A stretch of DNA of 64,000 bases from Centroscyllium fabricii. Lineage: Eukaryota. This document shows, in pieces, positions 51,185-64,000 of this stretch; the first letter of the stretch is position 1; every line of letters starts with the position of its first letter. The DNA is taken from assembly GCA_051313645.2 (NCBI GenBank), contig JBNRSN020000008.1:116560001-116624000 (forward strand). The letters run 5' to 3'. Position numbers and translations under genes: made by a program. The notes beneath the pieces were generated by a model. It was not told the origin of the DNA, did no database searches, and was given only the letters and a program-made list of their open reading frames with translations.

Positions 51185-51266
51185 TAATATAGTTTGGCTA
51201 TAGGAATATGGATTTCAATGGCATTTTATTTAACTGATCACTTATTTCATATTTTTCAGATTCTGA

Positions 51267-51470
<204 letters not shown>

Positions 51471-51661
51471 TAGTACCCCTTCCCATTATCCTATTTTCAC
51501 GTTTATAAAAAAAAAAAGTCTTGAATCAGAACAGACTGACTCATTTCTTGAGCACCTTAACCCTTCTATTGCAATAATTGCATCGCATTTTTTTGCCTGT
51601 TGCACTTCCGAACCTTCCTTCAGCTTGTAGGGCACGTCAAACAAAACCACGGACTAATATT

Positions 51662-51907
51662 GGCCCGTAATTTATGGCCCCTATGGGTGTGTCTGTGCCT
51701 GTAAAGGCTGCGCAAGTTCTGGGTTTCAGCGCACGAATCGCATGCGAATAAACGTGGAACTTGCGATCTGTCACTAATCTTCTTGGCAGATCCAACACAT
51801 CCTGGGAAAAGGGCATCGAGGTGGAGATTCGAGCGAATGCTCGTGACATTCTTATGCCTGGTAAAAGCATTTCCCTGGCGGCAGCCCCTGACTGCAAATT
51901 CAGGGCC
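51662..51907. mobile_element. Short Harbinger-type MITE
   Basis: TIR GGCCCGTAATTT/AAATTCAGGGCC; 3-bp TSD ATT. Confidence 0.7.
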
Positions 51908-52325
51908 ATTATTTTTTAATCTTGAAATTCATCTGGTCAGACACTTGAGTTGCCCCAACTATACACCCTCACACTTGTACAAAAAGTGTCTGACTAACCA
52001 CTATTGAGATTACTCTCCACTAGCAAAGTAACATACTAAATGTAGACGTGTTAGATATGTGGCTTTTGTGGTTCTGTAGATTAGTTAAAGGTTCTCCCCA
52101 CAGTCAGTAAGTTTATCATGCCACTGAGATATTCAGATAATTAACACTTGTGTTGCTACAAGTGTTTCTGTTCATTTGACATATTTAACCTAACCTTTTT
52201 TTCTGTTGCATGGAAGCATGTTTATATTTTTGTGGTATTAGTGTCCAGCCTATGTAGGTTTCATTTTGAGCTTTGTTGTGCTTGTCAAGTTACTACAATT
52301 CCTCGGAGTGGGGAAGAGGAGAAGG

Positions 52326-52728
52326 AAACATAGAAACATAGAAGATAGGAGCAGGAGTAGGAGTAGGCCATTCGGCCCTTCAAGCCTGCTCTGCCATTCA
52401 GTGAGATCATGGCTGATCATCCAAACCCAGTACCCCGCCCCTGCCCTCTCCCCATATCCCTCTCGAGCCTGCACCGACACATATCCCATCCTATCCCCGT
52501 AACCCCACATATTCAATCCCCCTAACACTAAGGGTCAATTTATCATGGCCAATCAACCTAACCCACACATCTTTGGACTGTGGGAGGAAACCGGAGTACC
52601 CGGAGGAAACCCACGCAGACACAGGGAGAATGTGCAAACTCCACACAGATAGTACCCGAGGCTGGATTTGAACTCGGGTCTCCAGTGCTGTGAGGCAGCA
52701 GTGCTAACCACTATGCCACCGTGCCACC
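52326..52728 (-). mobile_element. tRNA SINE (HE1/V-SINE-like)
   Basis: Near-identical to 32270-32674. Confidence 0.85.
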
Positions 52729-53717
52729 CAAAAGGCCCTTTTCCGTGCTGGCTTGATTTATTTGGGCTGGCATACATGACCACTTTGGTTTCCCCATTAG
52801 TGAGTTCTCATAAGGAATGCTGTGAAGAGAGATGTGGTGAACGGCAGACAAACTTTTTATGCAGGAATATAAGCAGCTGTCTTTCTATGGACAAACACCT
52901 GGCAATCATTTTATGATGGAACATAAATAGTTGGACCAAGCTGGCAACATGGTATGAAAGAATACATTTTCCTGCCTTCCAAATTCTACAGCCTCATTTA
53001 CTGCTGCTACTGAATTGGATGTTGGCACTAGAATTGCATAGATGGATTTCATAGAGCGGCTTTGATGATGCTGGTGGAGAGCTCTACTGAAACTTAACTA
53101 ATAAAATTCTGCATATGTTTTCTCAATCTGCATGTCTCTAGAGAAATTCATTTCTAAATTTTAACTTTTTTTAATATGCTTCTTAGTAGTGGGCTGCAGA
53201 GAACAACTTGAATAAGAGGTATATAATACTTAACGGGATAGAGAAAGTAAACGATACCTTTGCACTCGGATATATTTTCCAAGCATGCCAATGTGTCAGT
53301 AATCACAATATCCATCCCAAGCACCAGCACCGAAAAGGCACCCTGGGTGGGATAGATAGAGTTAGAGGGTTCTGCCCAGGATGAAACACTAGTGAGCAAG
53401 AGTGGTGTAGCCCAGGTGATGGCTCACCGGAGTCAAGCCTGGGTCCCAGGTTTGCTAAAGAGATGATCACTTTAGAGGCTCAGCATTGCGAAGAAAGTCT
53501 CTTCCCGTGCACCAATAATTATTTCAAAGATAGCTTACCTCCGAGCTACCTCACCACGTCCGACAGGATGAGGAGTCGGCTTGCAGCTTATGTAATGTTC
53601 GGGCTCAACGCATCAACTCTGCAGTCTGCTGCCGAGTGTGTGGGCAGCTCTATGGATGCTGCGATCGAGCCCTCAACAGGACTCCATGGCACCAGCTCTT
53701 GCAGCTTTGTGTGTCTG

Positions 53718-54165
53718 CTGTGTCTCAGTGGGTAGCACTCCTGCCTCTGAGTCAAGGTTGTGAGTTCAAGTCCCACTCCAGGGACTTGAGCACTAAAATT
53801 TAGGTGACACCTCAATGCAATGCTAAGGGAGTGTTGCACTGTCAGAGGTGCCGTCTTTTGGATGGGACGTTAAACCAAGGCCCCTTCTATTCTCAGGTGA
53901 ACATAAAAGATCCCATGGCACTATTTCAAAGAAGAGCAGGGGAATTAATCCCCAGTGTCCTGGCTAATATTTATCCCTCAATCAACAGAACAAAAACAGA
54001 TTATCTATCTGGTCATTGTCACATTGCTGTTTGTGGGAGCTTGCTGTGTGCAAATTTGCTGCCACATTTCCTACATTACAACAGTGACTCCACTTCAAAA
54101 GTACTTCATTAGATGTAAAGCGCTTTGAGATGTCCGGTGGTCGTGAAAGGCACTCTATAAATGCA
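53718..54165 (+). mobile_element. DeuSINE/SacSINE1-like SINE
   Basis: Homolog of 33275-33735. Confidence 0.75.
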
Positions 54166-54348
54166 AGAAGTAAAAGGGATTAAGGGTTACGGGGAGCGGG
54201 CAGGAATGTGGACATGAGTCTAGGTTCAGATCGGTCATGGCCCTGTGGGTAGTGGAGCGGGCCCAGGGACCGTGTAGCCTGATCCTGCTCCTATTTCGTG
54301 TGTCTCCCTTCCTCCCATATGTGCGTTCTTCAAGTCAGTCTCTCTCTT

Positions 54349-54386
54349 TCACCTGACGAAGGGGCAAAAGCTCTGAAAGCTTGTGA
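54349..54386 (+). ncRNA. Minimal hammerhead ribozyme motif in a Penelope-like fragment (54300-54437)
   Basis: UCAC-CUGACGA-A-GGGGC aaaa GCUCU-GAAA-GCUU-GUGA. Confidence 0.65.
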
Positions 54387-55527
54387 TTTAAAATAAAACT
54401 GTTGGACTATAATCTGGTGTTGTGTGACTTCTTGCATTAATTCTGTTAGATTCAGGAGATGGTTCTGTGATAGTAGATTGGTGGTTAGGATCCGATCAGC
54501 CATGATCTTATTGAATGGCGGAGCAGGCTCGAGGGGCCGATTGGCCTACTCTGCATGTTCTAAGTCTTGTTTGCTGAAACTGGTGCCATTTGGTACTGGG
54601 CTCCACCATTTCCATTGCCTTCAAAAGGCTGGGGGAGTGTGTTGATGGAGGCTTCGGTTGCATCATGAATCACCTACACTCTGCTCCCCTGCAGATCAGT
54701 GGGAGTGCCAAGTGACAGCCCCATAGGAGTGGCTCACAGTACCTCTCAATGATGGCAAGCCTGCTCCCGTGCCAGTCCCTCAGCCAATGCTAGACCTGTT
54801 GGCAGGAGCCAACATGGCCTGATTGCCCCAGAAGCATGTTTTTTTTTGTTGAGATTTCCAGCACCTGCAGTTTTTATTCATTTGCATTACAGTTGAGTCA
54901 TTTTGTCTGAGGGTACGACAGAGTTCTGTAGTGTAGATGTCCCTTGCCTTGATCCAAACAAAAATTTAGCCTCATAAAAGCCTGTGTTCTTTGCTCTTAT
55001 GAATAGCAGAGAGGAGGCAGAGGGAAATTAGTTCTCGATGAATCTTGTACATAATCTTGTCTCGCGTTCCTGCAGCTTTGATGTAAAGCTGCTTGTGGTC
55101 CAACAAAATCTGGTTACCAAATATTTGGAATATCAATATTTTCCGTTAAAATTAAATGTCCAGAACAAGCAATTTATTCTTGAAATACATTATATAATAC
55201 GTTGTAGAGCAAACAAACAGTTTTACTCAGTTTAAATGATAGTCCATTTCAGTTGAGGGTTGCAATAACTTTTATTAGCACAATTGTTAATGGGAGAAAA
55301 TGATTTTAACACCTTTGGTAATTTTTTTAACATTTCTGCCGCTAGTTTGGGGATTTTGGAGCAGTCACGTTGCATTTAATTCTAGTTTTTTTAAATGTGC
55401 AGCTTTTAAATGCCACAAGGTACTGCAGTGAAATTATAATAACCTCTTACAGTATTTCAGCTATTTGCATTAAAATGCCATGGTTGATATTTGTTTGAAT
55501 AGTATATTTTCTGATTTTTGAATTTAG

Positions 55528-55665
<138 letters not shown>

Positions 55666-56619
55666 TAGTGCTTTAATGCAATGCTATTCCTATTCTTGTT
55701 ACCTGTCATAATTCAGAAATTTGTTAGTTTTTGTCTGTCGGCTTATTCTCCAATTCGCAAAAAATACAAAATAGCAGATTTTTACATGCATCACATATCC
55801 ACAGATTTTGTGCTTGCAAGTGTGGCCTAAATACATAGTCATAGAGTCATGAAAGAGGCCCTTCAGCCCATCGCGTCCATGCCGCCCATCAATCCCAGTC
55901 TATACTAGTCCCATTTTCCCGTATTTGGTCCGTAGCCTTGTATGCTGTGGCATTTCAAGTGCTCATCCAAATGCTTTTTGAATGTTGTGAGGGTTCCCGC
56001 CTCTACATGAAATTACTTTTGTACAAATTTACCGCACAGATTGCTTCCAATATTCCATGCAGTCAGCAATTTTAGCAACAAACATTTTTGTAAATATGTG
56101 TTTAACAAGACTACCTAGTCATGGTCTACTTTTATCTCATAATCTCATTTAAAATTTGTTTCTGAAGTTGGGTAACTGCATAAGCTGTTCCATTTTCCAT
56201 ATTTACATTTTTTGCGTGTATATGAGTGTGCATTTATACAAATGATTAATTGATATTACATTGTAAATGTAATTTGTATCTTTGCTGAAATAAATATTCC
56301 ATTTTTTAGATTTAAAATATACATCTTTCATTAAATACAATGAGTCAGTCTTTCTGGCAAAGTGAAGTATTTTGGAAATACTGTATTTGTTGGATGCTGT
56401 AAATTTTATTATATTTTGTTTGTAAGTATTCTGCCAAAAACACTCTTCACATGATTATATTTAGAATGAATATTATCAAACTCTTATCACCTTTACCACG
56501 TCATTTTTGCACCATGTTCCTCTTGTTACAAAAGCTTCACAACAAAGGAACTGCACTACTGGCTGCAAGTAAGTGTGCTCCACCTTGTGGTAAACTGGAG
56601 ACCTCCTCTCCAGCTCCAC

Positions 56620-57580
56620 AATTATCTAAATGGCAATCGATTGGGAGAAGGGGAAGTGCAACGAGACCTGGGTGTTCTTGTGCACCAGTTGCTGAAGGTA
56701 AGCATGCAGGTGCAGCAGGCGGTTAAGAAGGCAAATGGTATGCTGGCCTTCGTAGCGAGAGGGTTTGAGTACAGGAACAAGGATGTCTTGCTGCAGTTGT
56801 ACAGGGCCTTGGTGAGACCACGTCTCGAGTATTGTGTGCAGTTTTGGTCACCTTATCTGCGAAGGATGTTCTTACCATGGAAGGAGTTCAGCGAAGATTC
56901 ACCAGGCTGATACCTGGGATGGCAGGAATGACGTATGAGGAGACATGCAGGTTAGGTGAATTGGAGATACTAAAAATTGCCCATGGGTATGAGATATAGT
57001 TCTTGGATTTGGGGGGGTGGGGGGGGCTATGGGGAGAAGGTAGGAGGGGGGTGCTGGGTTTGGATGATCAGCCATGATCTCATCAAAATGGCAGAGCAGG
57101 CTCAAAGGGCCGAATGGCCTACTCCTGCTCCTATCTTCTGTTTCTGTGAGGAGAGATTGGGTCGATTGGGCTTGTACTCACTGAAGTTTAGAAGAATGAG
57201 AGGTGATCTCATTGAAACTTATAAAATTCTAACTGGACTGGACAAACTAGATGCGGGAAGGATGTTCCCGATGGTCGGGGAGTCCAGAACCAGGGGGTCA
57301 CAGTCTAAGGATAAGGGGTAAGCCATTTAGGACAGAAATGAGGAGGAATTTCTTCACCGAGAGTGGTGAACCTGTGGAACTCTCTACCACAGAAGGCGGT
57401 GGAGGCCAATTCATTAAATATATTCAAGAAGGAGTTCGATATATTTCTTAAGGCTAAAGGGGTATGGGGAGAAAGCCGGGACAAGGTACTGAGTTTGGAT
57501 GATCAGCCATGATCTCATTAAATGGCGGAGCAGGCTCGAGGGGCCGAATGACCACCTCCTGCTCCTATCTTCTATGTTTC
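56620..57580 (+). mobile_element. CR1 3' fragment with a nested SINE 3' part (56945-57143)
   Basis: YLNGNRLGEGEVQRDLG..., CR1 tail. Confidence 0.85.
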
Positions 57581-58108
57581 TACAACATATGTGTTGCTGA
57601 AGCACATGCATAACATATCCCAATCTAAAAAAGGTGGTGTTCAGCCTCTGCCTGAGACTGGAGAAACACCAAGCAATCTGGGGCCTATTCGAAGAGACCC
57701 GATCCTACCTTTTTCTCACCCCACAACCCACCATTGATGATGAATGGCAATGACCCTAACTGACATGATTGCGCCCCTCACCACCACCACCAGCCCTTGC
57801 TCTCCCAATACTAAAGCAAAATAACTGACTAATACAAAGCAGGTTAAAGGTCTTTGGATTGGATGTCATTAATTACTTGAGAATGAATTATCTTATAACT
57901 CAGAAGATAACTCCTTCCCAATTTATTCTGTATTACGAAAGACCCAAATGCTTCATCAGATGCTAAATAATGTTATAATGTGTAGAATGGGACAGGGTAG
58001 ACAAAAGCAGATACTTTTTAGTAGTTGGGTCAAGAATTGGGGACCACAGATACAAGATTAAATGTAAGAGATTGAGAGTAGAGGGAAGGAGAAACGTCTT
58101 CAAACACT

Positions 58109-61100
58109 GGAATGGTAGCGTAGTGGTGATGTGCCCGGACGAATGATCCAGAGACGTTAGTTCAATTCCCACCATGGGAGCTGGGGAATTTAAATTCAGT
58201 TAATTAAATAAATTTGGAATAATCAATAATAATAACTATGACACTATCTGATTATCGTAAAACCCATCTGGTTCATTAATGTCCTTTAAGGAAGGAAATC
58301 TGCTGTCCTTGCCTATGTGACTCCAGACCCACAGCAATGTGGTTGGCTGTTAACTACCCTCTGAAATAGCAAGCCACTCAGTTGTAACAAACCGCTGCAA
58401 AATACAATAATAAGAATGAAACAGGATGGACCACTCAGCCTCGGCACCTGCTACAGACACGGCAATGGCACACCCAGCCCAGTCGATCCTGCAAAATTCT
58501 CCTTACCAACACCTGGGAACTTGTGCCAAAATTGGGAGAGCTGTCCTAAAGGCTATTCAAGCAACAGCCTGACACGGTCATACTCACAGAATCATACCTT
58601 TCAACCGCTGTCCCAAACTCCTCCATCACCATCCCTGGTATGTCCAGGGGTGGCGGCACAGTCGGGAAGGAGTGGCCCTGGGAGTTCTCAACATTGACTG
58701 CGGTCCCCATGAAGTCTCAAGCATGGGTAAGGAAACCTCCTGCTGATTACCACCTACTGCCTGCCCTCCATCAGCTGATGAATCAGTACTCCTCCATGTT
58801 GACCACCACTTGGAAGAAGCACCAAGAGTAGCAAGGGCACAGAATGTACTCTGGGTTGGGGGACTTCAATGCCCATCACCAAGAGTGGCTCGATAGCACC
58901 ACTACTGACCGAACTGGCCGAGTCCTGAAGGACATAACAGCCAGTCTGGGCCTGTGACAGGTGGTGAGAGAACCAACAAGAGGGGAAAAACCTACTTGAC
59001 CTCGTCCTCACTAATCTACCTGTCGTAGATGCATCTGTCCATGACAGCATTGGCAGCAGTGACCACCGTGCAGTCATTGTGGAGACGAAGTGAAGGAACT
59101 CATGAATGATCCCTCCCTTCCCCAATGCACCAACAGTCCCTCAATCCACCTAACCCAGTCCTCAGAACTACTATGTGCATGGCCTGATCCAGTCCAACTT
59201 CATGCCCTTGCATGACAAGTATATCTACCGCCCTCCCTCAGCTGATGAATCACTACTCCTCCATGTTGAACACCACTTGGAAGAAGCACTGAGAGTAGCA
59301 AGGGCACATAATGTACTCTGGTGGACTTGAATGTCCATCACCAAGAGTGGCTCGGTAGCACCACTACTGACCGAGCTGTCCGAGTCCTGAAGTACTTAGC
59401 TGCCAGTCTGGGCCTGTGACATGTGATGAGAGAACAAACACGAGGGAAAAACCTACTTGATCTCGTCCTCACCAATCTACCTGTCCCAGATGTATATGTC
59501 CATGACAGTATTGGTAGTGATGACCACCACGCAGTCATTGTGGTGACGAAGTCTCATTTTCACACTTGAGGACACTCTCCATTGTGTTGTGGCACTACCA
59601 CTGTGCTGAATGGGATAGATTCAGAACCAATCTAGCAGCTCAAAACTGAGCATCCATGAGGTGCTGTGAGCCATCAGCAGCAGCAGAATTATATTCCACC
59701 ACAATCTGTAACCTCATGGCCCGGCATATCTCTCACTCTACCATTACCATCAAGTCAGGGGACCAACCCTGGTTCAATAAGGAGTATAGAAGAGCATGCC
59801 AGGAGCTGCACCAGGTGTATCTAAAAATGAGATGCCAACCTGGGGAAGCTGCAACATAGGACTACATGCACACTAAAAAGTGGAAGCAGCATGCTATAGA
59901 CATGGCTAAGCGATCCCACAATCAACCGATCAGATCAAAGCTCTGCAGTCCTGCCACATCAGTCGTGAATGGTGGTGGACCATTAAACAACTAATGGGAG
60001 GAGGAAGCTCCATGAATATCCCCATCCTCAATGATGGTGGAGCCCAGCGAGTGAGCTGCAAAAGAAAAAGCTGAAGCATTTGCAACTACCTTCAGCCAGA
60101 ACGTGTGGATGACCCATATCGGCCTCCTCCTGAGGTCCCGACTATCTCCGAAGCCAGTCTTCAGCCAATTCGATTTACTCCACATGATATCAAACAGCTG
60201 AGTGTATTGGATACAGCAAAGACTATGGGCCCCGACAACATACCAACTATCGTGCTGAAGACTTGTGCTCCAGAACAAGCTGCGCCTCTAGTCAAGCTGT
60301 TCCAGTACAGCTACAACACCTTCTGACATCTATCCGACAATGTGGAAAACTGCCCAGGTATGTCCTGTCCACAAAAAGCAGTCCAATCCGTCCAATTACT
60401 GCACCATCAGTCTACTCACGCATCAGCAAAGTGATGGAAGGTATCCTCGACCGTGCTATCAAGCGGCACTTACTCACCAATAACCTGTTCACTGATGCCC
60501 AGTTTGGTTTCTGCCAAGACCACTCGACTCCAGGCCTCATTACAGCTTTGGTCCAAACATGGACAAAAGAGCTGAATTCCAGAGGTGAGGTGAGAGTAAC
60601 TGCCCTTGACATCAAGGAGCCCCAGTAAAACTGACGTCAATGGGAATCGGGGGGGGGGGAAACTCTCCACTGGCTGAGTCATATCTAGCAGAAAGGAAGA
60701 TGGTTGTGGTGGTTGAAGGTCAATCATCACAGCCCCAGGACATCGCTGCTGGAGTCCCTCCGGGCAGTGTCCTAGGCCCAACCATCTTCAGCTGCTTCAT
60801 CAGTGACCTTCCCTCCAACATGAGGTCAGAAATGGGGATGTTCGCTGATGACTGTACAGTGTTCAGCGCCATTCGCAACTCCTCAGATAATGAAGCAGTC
60901 CATGCCCGCATGCAACACGACCTGGACAGCAAGCTTTGGGTGATAAGTGGCAGGTAACATTTGCGCCACACAACTGCCAGGCAATTACCATCTCCAACAA
61001 GCGAGAATCTAACCACCTCCCCTTGACATTCAGTGGCATTACCATCACCAAATCCCCCACCATCAACATCCTGGGGGTCACCGTTGACCAGAAACTTAAC

Positions 61101-61720
61101 TGGACCAGCCACATAATTACTGTGACCACAAGAGCAGGTCAGAAGCTAGGTATTCTGCGGCGAGTGTCTCCCCTCCTGACTCTTAAAAGCCATTCCACTA
61201 TCTACAAGGCACAAGTAAGGAGTGTGATGGAATACTCTCCACTTGCCTGGATGAGTGCAGCTCCAACAACACTCGAAGCTCGACCCCATCTGGGACAAAG
61301 CAGCCCGCTTGATTGGCACCCCATCCACCACCTTAAACATTCACTCCCTCCACCTCTGACGTATCGTGGCTGCAGTGTGTACCATCTACAAGATGCACTG
61401 CAGTAACTCACCAAGACTTCTTTGGCAGCACCTCCCAAACCCGCAACCTCTTCCACCTTGAAGGACAAGGGCAGGAGGCGCATGGGATCACCATAACCTC
61501 CAAGTTCCCCGCCAAGTCACACACCATCTTGACTTGGAAATATATTACTGATCCTTCATCGTCGCTGGGTCAAAATCCTGGAACTCCCTACCTAACAACA
61601 CAGTGGGAGTACCTTCACCACACTGACTGCAGCAGTTCAAGGAAGGCGGCTCACCACCACCTTCTTGAGGGCAATTAGGGATGGGCAATAAATGCTGGCC
61701 ATGCCACATCCCATAAATTA
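58109..61720 (+). mobile_element. CR1-group LINE (EN-RT) with tRNA-like 5' head, copy 2, with internal duplication (58750-59090 / 59225-59550)
   Basis: Colinear with 17602-20735 from head to tail; EN and RT motifs present, many stops. Confidence 0.8.
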
Positions 61721-62202
61721 ATTTTAAAAAACTTTTTGAGGCTGTGGAATTCACTTCCTGGATTGGTGATTGAGGCAGAAACAAATGTCAACATTCAAGA
61801 TTAGGTTGGATAGATGGGTGCAGGAAAAGCGATTGAAGGGATATGGGAACAGGATGGTTAAATATGATTGGAACTATTTGCTCGTGTAACCCTTTTTACG
61901 ATTGGCCCCCCCCCTCTCCTTTACTGAGAATGGGGGGGTTAGGTTACCACCAATTACCCCGTAGGTTCTGAACGTACCCCACGTGTAGAAATCTGTGACC
62001 TCCACCCAAATGTAACCCTTTTACCTTAAGAGAGATGAATCAGAGACAAAATTTCTATTAACAAACTTTAATAACAGGGATGTGAGGTAGAGTTTAAATA
62101 CAAACAGTGTTAAACAACTAGCAACTGCATACACAAATAGAAAGCAGCATTAATGTCATACAACAAATCATTTACACATTCATTCAGCTCACAGCCACTC
62201 CC

Positions 62203-62488
62203 AAGAACACACTTCAATCAGAACTTTACAATGGCAAGGCACTCGCTTTAGCACCCTTCCAGAACACATTTCAATCAGAACTTTACAATGGCAAGGCACT
62301 CGCTTTAGCACCCTTACAGAACACATTTCAATCAGAACTTTACAATGGCAAGGCACTCGCTTTAGCACCCTTACAGAACACATTTCAATCAGCACTTTAC
62401 ACTGGCAAGGCACTCGCTTTAGCACCCTTACAGAACACATTTCAACTGGACATTTACAATGGCAAGGCATCCACTTTAGCACCCTTAC
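62203..62488. repeat. 57-bp tandem array, about 5 copies
   Basis: AGAACACATTTCAA recurs at 62261, 62318, 62375 and 62432. Confidence 0.92.
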
Positions 62489-62522
62489 ACCTTGTTCCCC
62501 AAGCCATTTTCTCAGAAGTTAT

Positions 62523-63250
62523 ACTCACGACTGTCCGAATAGGGCTTGACAATGAGGACCGTACACTACAGTCTCCTCATCTCAAGGGAGACAACGACGG
62601 CTCTTGGATCTGCCTCTGTCCTTTTAACACGAAAGCTTCCAGCATCTTCCAGCAGTGGGCGTCGCACACAGCTCTCCACCCTCTGCTTCCTGCAACCTCG
62701 TCTTCCCCAAGCCCCTCTCCCGGTAGCCGCCACCCACGACTGTCCGAACAGGGCTTGGCAATGAGTACCGTACACTACAGCCTACTCATCCCAAGGGAAA
62801 CAACGACGGCTCTTGGGACTGTCTCTCAGTCCTTTTAACACGAAAGCCTCCAGCCTCTTCCAGCAATGGGCGTCGCACACAGCTCTCCACCCTCTGCTTC
62901 CTGCAACCTCGTCTTCCCCAAGCCCTTCTCTCAGTAGCCGCCACTCACGACTGTCCGAATAGGGCTTGGCAATGAGTACCGTACACAACAGCCTACTCAT
63001 CCCAAGGGAAACAACGACGGCTCTTGGGACTGTCTCTCAGTCCTTTTAACACGAAAGCCTCCAGCATCTTCCAGCAATGGGCGTCGCACACAGCTCTCCA
63101 CCCTCTGCTTCCTGCAACCTCGTCTTCCCCAAGCCCTTCTCTCAGTAAGTGCTACTCACGACTGTCCAAATAGGGCTCGACGATGAGGACCGTACACTAC
63201 AGCCTCCTCATCCCCAGGGAGATAACGACGGCTCTTGGAACTGCCTCTCT
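62523..63250. repeat. About 210-bp tandem array, about 3.4 copies
   Basis: CACGACTGTCC recurs at 62526, 62735, 62946 and 63157. Confidence 0.92.
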
Positions 63251-64000
63251 CATGGCTTCTCTGGATCTTTCCCGGATCTTCTCTCCATCTAACCTCCTGC
63301 TCAATCTTCTCCCTTCTCTCCAGCTCAATCTTACTCCTTCTGGATCTAACTAACTGTCTCTAGGCGTGTCCAGCCTTTTATCCTGTCCTGGCTCCACCCT
63401 CCAGTAACTCACCCCACTTTTAGCCAGCCTATCGCAAAGCAATCACACAGCCCCCACCTGCAAGACCAACTTGTTTTTCCAGACTGGCCGGAGCCGAGTG
63501 CTGGTTTCCATGGCAGCCCAGCTCTTCGGCAACATTGTTCATTCTCACACCTGGTCAACAACCCCATGTGATCTGAACTTCCAGACAAACTGGCACCGAA
63601 GAGGTCACCTGACCTCAGACCACTGGATCCCTAGACTTTTAACCCTTTAGGGAGATTCTCCCTGACTCTGGGTTTCAGACCCAGGTTACACTCGCATGGA
63701 AGAATAAATGCTGGTACGGACTGGTTAGGCCAAATGGCCTGTTTCGGTGTTCTAACATCTATATGTATCCTGTGTTTAGTACCATGAAGAAAGCTGACCA
63801 CAAAGGTTGCCTAGGAAAAGAATGTACTGTCATTGAATCATGGATGTGAAATTATAACTTGTAGGAGTCCCAAGTAAAATGATTCTAATTCAGTTGAAAT
63901 AAAACCTCTTAATACTCTTCTTTGAAATTGAACTGTACCATTTAATAAAAAATTTAAAAAAAGTAATCTGGTGGAATCTGATTCTCTTTATGGGAAATTG

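Larger units (their letters stand above)
61885..63690 (-). mobile_element. Solo LTR or LTR-like element (1806 bp) inserted into a CR1 tail
   Basis: Termini TGTAACC...GGTTACA; 4-bp TSD CTCG at 61881-84 and 63691-94; minus-strand GATAAAA (~63376-82) and ATTAAA (~62067-72). Confidence 0.8.

Noticed and set aside
62203-63250. Tandem arrays as a CRISPR-like array, or the 97-aa Cys-rich repeat ORF as a protein
   Set aside because: Units are head-to-tail without unique spacers, the context is eukaryotic, and the ORF arises only because the 57-bp unit is a multiple of 3.

Overview
Eukaryotic (vertebrate) genomic DNA. The repeat families suggest a cartilaginous fish (shark); this taxonomy is inferred. 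The window holds two host genes, both on the + strand and in the same tail-to-head order as in human. The first is the last five coding exons and 3'UTR of RAPGEF4/Epac2 (22026-30572). The second is the CpG-island promoter, a likely non-coding exon 1 and the first two coding exons of MAP3K20/ZAK (about 48800-55615). Most of the rest is transposon-derived. At 1-16.7 kb, inside a RAPGEF4 intron longer than 22 kb, is a deep nest: Harbinger remnant > CR1 LINE > CsRn1-type Gypsy (TSD ACAG) > Mag-like Gypsy (TSD GTACG) > non-autonomous hAT (TSD CACCCGGG) > tRNA SINE. Main observations: (1) the inner Gypsy has no tRNA primer site; a 13-nt perfect complement of its own LTR sits there instead (candidate self-priming or poly(A)-occlusion system); (2) six Penelope-associated minimal hammerhead ribozyme motifs, three of them sense within host introns; (3) two copies of an EN-RT LINE with a tRNA-like 5' head and no room for ORF1; (4) an NRF1/YY1-motif-packed Tigger-like MITE 75 nt upstream of the first coding exon of MAP3K20, and an overlapping uORF at the MAP3K20 start codon. 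Exon, LTR, TIR and TSD coordinates were counted by hand; boundaries of degenerate repeats are approximate. No database searches were run.
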